Shown in pieces: positions 61,625-64,000 of a stretch of DNA of 64,000 bases (the first letter of the stretch is position 1; the number at the start of each line of letters is the position of its first letter). Position numbers and translations under genes: made by a program. The stretch lies in the NCBI GenBank assembly GCA_051362555.1, contig CM120645.1, positions 16,244,001-16,308,000 of the forward strand, read 5' to 3'. The notes under the pieces were generated by a model, which made no database searches, was not told where the DNA came from, and was given only the letters and a program-made list of their open reading frames with translations. The stretch is from Lingula anatina. Taxonomy: Eukaryota; Animalia; Brachiopoda.

Positions 61625-63523
61625 AAGTTCATCAAAAGGTAGGTCAAAGGTCAATGTCACATTAAGATTGCCAGTATATGACTTCCTATTCAACTTCAAA
61701 AGTAACTTTGGACCTATCTCTGCCAGTTTGGGAGATAAAAGGGAAGCAAAATTTGCAAAGTTCAGTTCATGGTGAAAAGTAGGTCAAAGGTCAATTTTAA
61801 GGTCACATAAAGATTGCCAGTGTATGGCTTCCTATTCAACTTCAATATGACTATGGACCTATCTCTGCCAGTTTTGGAGATAAAAGGGAAGCAAAATTTG
61901 GAAAGTTCAGTTCATGGTGAAAAGTAGGTCAAAGGTCAATTTTAAGGTCAAATTAAGATTGCCGGTATATGACTTCCTATTCGACTTCAATAGTAACTTT
62001 GGACCTATCTCTGCCAGTTTTGGATATAAAAGGGAAGCAAAATTTGCAAAGTTCAGTTCATGGTGAAAAGTAGGTCAAAGGTCAATTTCAAGGTCACATT
62101 AAGATTGCCAGTATATGACTTCCTATTCTAGTTCAATAGTAACTATGGACCTATCTCTGCCAGTTTGGGAGATAAAAGGGAAGCAAAATTTGCAAAGTTC
62201 AGTTCATGGTGAAAAGTAGGTCAAAGGTCAATTCAAGGTCACATTTAGATTGCCAGTATATGACTTCCTATTCAAGTTCAATAGTATCTATGGACCTATC
62301 TCTGCCAGTTTTGGAGATAAAAGGGAAGCAAAATTTGGAAAGTTCAGTTCATGGTGAAAAGTAGGTCAAAGGTCAATTTCAAGGTCACATTAAGATTGCC
62401 AGTATATGACTTCCTATTCTAGTTCAATAGTAACTATGGACCTATCTCTGCCAGTTTGGGAGATAAAAGGGAAGCAAAATTTGCAAAGTTCAGTTCATGG
62501 TAAAAAGTAGGTCAAAAGTCAATTCAAGGTCACATTTAGATTGCCAGTATATGACTTCCTATTCAAGTTCAATAGTATCTATGGACCTATCTCTGCCAGT
62601 TTTGGAGATAAAAGGGAAGCAAAATTTGGAAAGTTCAGTTCATGGTGAAAAGTAGGTCAAAGGTCAATTTTAAGGTCACATTTAGATTGCCAGTGTATGA
62701 CTTCCTATTCAAGTTCAATAGTAACTATGGACCTATCTCTGCCAGTTTTGGAGATAAAAGGGAAGCAAAATTTGGAAAGTTCAGTTCATGGTGAAAAGAA
62801 GGTCAAAGGTCAATTTCAAGGTCACATTTAGATTGCCAGTGTATGACTTCCTATTCAAGTTCAATAGTGTGTATGGACCTATCTCTGCCAGTTTTGGAGA
62901 TAATGAAACAAAATTTGCAAAATTCAGTTCATGGTGAAAAGTAGGTCAAAGGTCAATTTCAAGGTCACATTTAGATTGCCAGTGTATGACTTCCTATTCA
63001 AGTTCAATAGTAACTTTGGACCTTTCTCTGCCAGATTTGGAGATAAAAGGGCAGCAAAATTTGCAAAGTTCAGTTCAAGGTGAAAAGTAGGTCAAAGGTC
63101 AATTTTAAGGTCAAATTAAGATTGCCGGTATATGACTTCCTATTCGACTTCAATAGTAACTTTGGACCTATCTCTGCCAGTTTTGGATATAAAAGGGAAG
63201 CAAAATTTGCAAAGTTCAGTTCATGGTGAAAAGTAGGTCAAAGGTCAATTTCAAGGTCACATTTAGATTGCCAGTATATGACTTCCTATTCAAGTTCAAT
63301 TGTAACTATAGACCTATCTCTGCCAGTTTTGGAGATAAAAGGGAAACAAAATTTGCAAAGGTTAGTTCATGGTGAAAAGTAGGTCAAAGGTCAATTTCAA
63401 GGTCACATTTAGATTGCCAGTATATGACTTCCTATTCAAGTTCAATAGTAACTATGGACCTATCTCTGCCAGTTTTGGAGAAAAAAGGGAAGCAAAATAT
63501 GCAAAGTTTAGTTCATGGTGAAA
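61625..63523. repeat. Tandem array, 145-146-bp unit, ~13 copies
   Basis: ggacctatctctgccagttt recurs at 61710, 61855, 62001, 62147, 62292 and onward. Confidence 0.95.
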
Positions 63524-63525
63524 TT

Positions 63526-63756
63526 TAGTCAGGCGGCTAAGTCCAAATTTTATCCAGAATTCTGCAAAAGATGATAAAAGCATGAAATTTTCCACAATGA
63601 ATGACCATTGGGTGTTTGTCAACCCCCCGATCCAAAATAGACGAACACCCAATGGTCATTCATCGTGGAAAGTTCATGCTTTTATCATCTATTGTTTCAT
63701 GCTTTTATCATCTGTTGCACAATTCTGGATAAAATTTGGACATAGCCACCTGACTA
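63526..63756. repeat. Hairpin/palindromic element terminating the array
   Basis: tagtcaggcggctaagtccaaattttatccagaatt...gaccattgggtgtt / aacacccaatggtc...aattctggataaaatttggacatagccacctgacta. Arms ~95 bp with a short loop. Confidence 0.8.
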
Positions 63757-64000
63757 TACCGTACTGCACATTTTGCTTTCACCATCAATATGTACTTTTT
63801 GATAGCGTAACTCGAAAACCGTCTGGAATACAAAAAAACGGAGACCGCTTCCAGTGTTGGGCTTTACATGCTCTACAAAATGCAAAAAAGAATGGGTCTC
63901 TAGCATTAACGGTTTTCCGAATTAGAGACAGTTTTCAGTTTCGGCATCTTATGGCCGCTACTCCCGTGAAAATGCACCGATTGACCCCAAATTCACGGAG

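Larger units (their letters stand above)
61446..64000. mobile_element. Helentron/HINE (Tsp/pearl-like) non-autonomous element carrying an internal tandem array; runs off the window
   Basis: Begins aaaactagag followed by a short hairpin gaggcg-atac-cgcctc, then ~146-bp core repeats. This is the modular layout known for Helentron-associated interspersed elements. Confidence 0.55.

Noticed and set aside
61625-63523. Regular repeats resembling a CRISPR array
   Set aside because: The whole 146-bp unit repeats with no unique spacers, there are no cas genes, and the context is eukaryotic.

Overview
AT-rich, intron-containing animal genomic DNA, probably a marine invertebrate (inferred from the repeat and gene families; echinoderm-like). 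The main host gene is on the minus strand. It has 8 coding exons (33687-11415, about 1015 aa, all GT-AG and phase-consistent) and encodes a short N-terminal module, an intact mitofusin/bacterial-dynamin-like GTPase, a helical stalk with a hydrophobic hairpin, and a C-terminal PSEUDOkinase (DSTYK-like architecture). It lies tail-to-tail with the last two exons of a related kinase gene whose visible motifs (DVG, APE, ERPT) are intact (238-1717, +). The rest is a nest of transposons: two decayed Tc1 elements, a two-gene PIF/Harbinger element with an intact transposase inserted in a decayed LINE, relics of ISL2EU, BEL/Pao and an Academ-like helicase, and many MITEs. There is also a ~1.6-kb-arm inverted repeat in intron 4, a ~5.5-kb segmental duplication next to an inversion with the signature of reversed-ends transposition, an interlocked pair of inverted repeats, and a 146-bp tandem array carrying perfect DR1 (AGGTCAaAGGTCA) motifs inside a Helentron/HINE-like element. 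All calls come from manual reading; no database searches were run.
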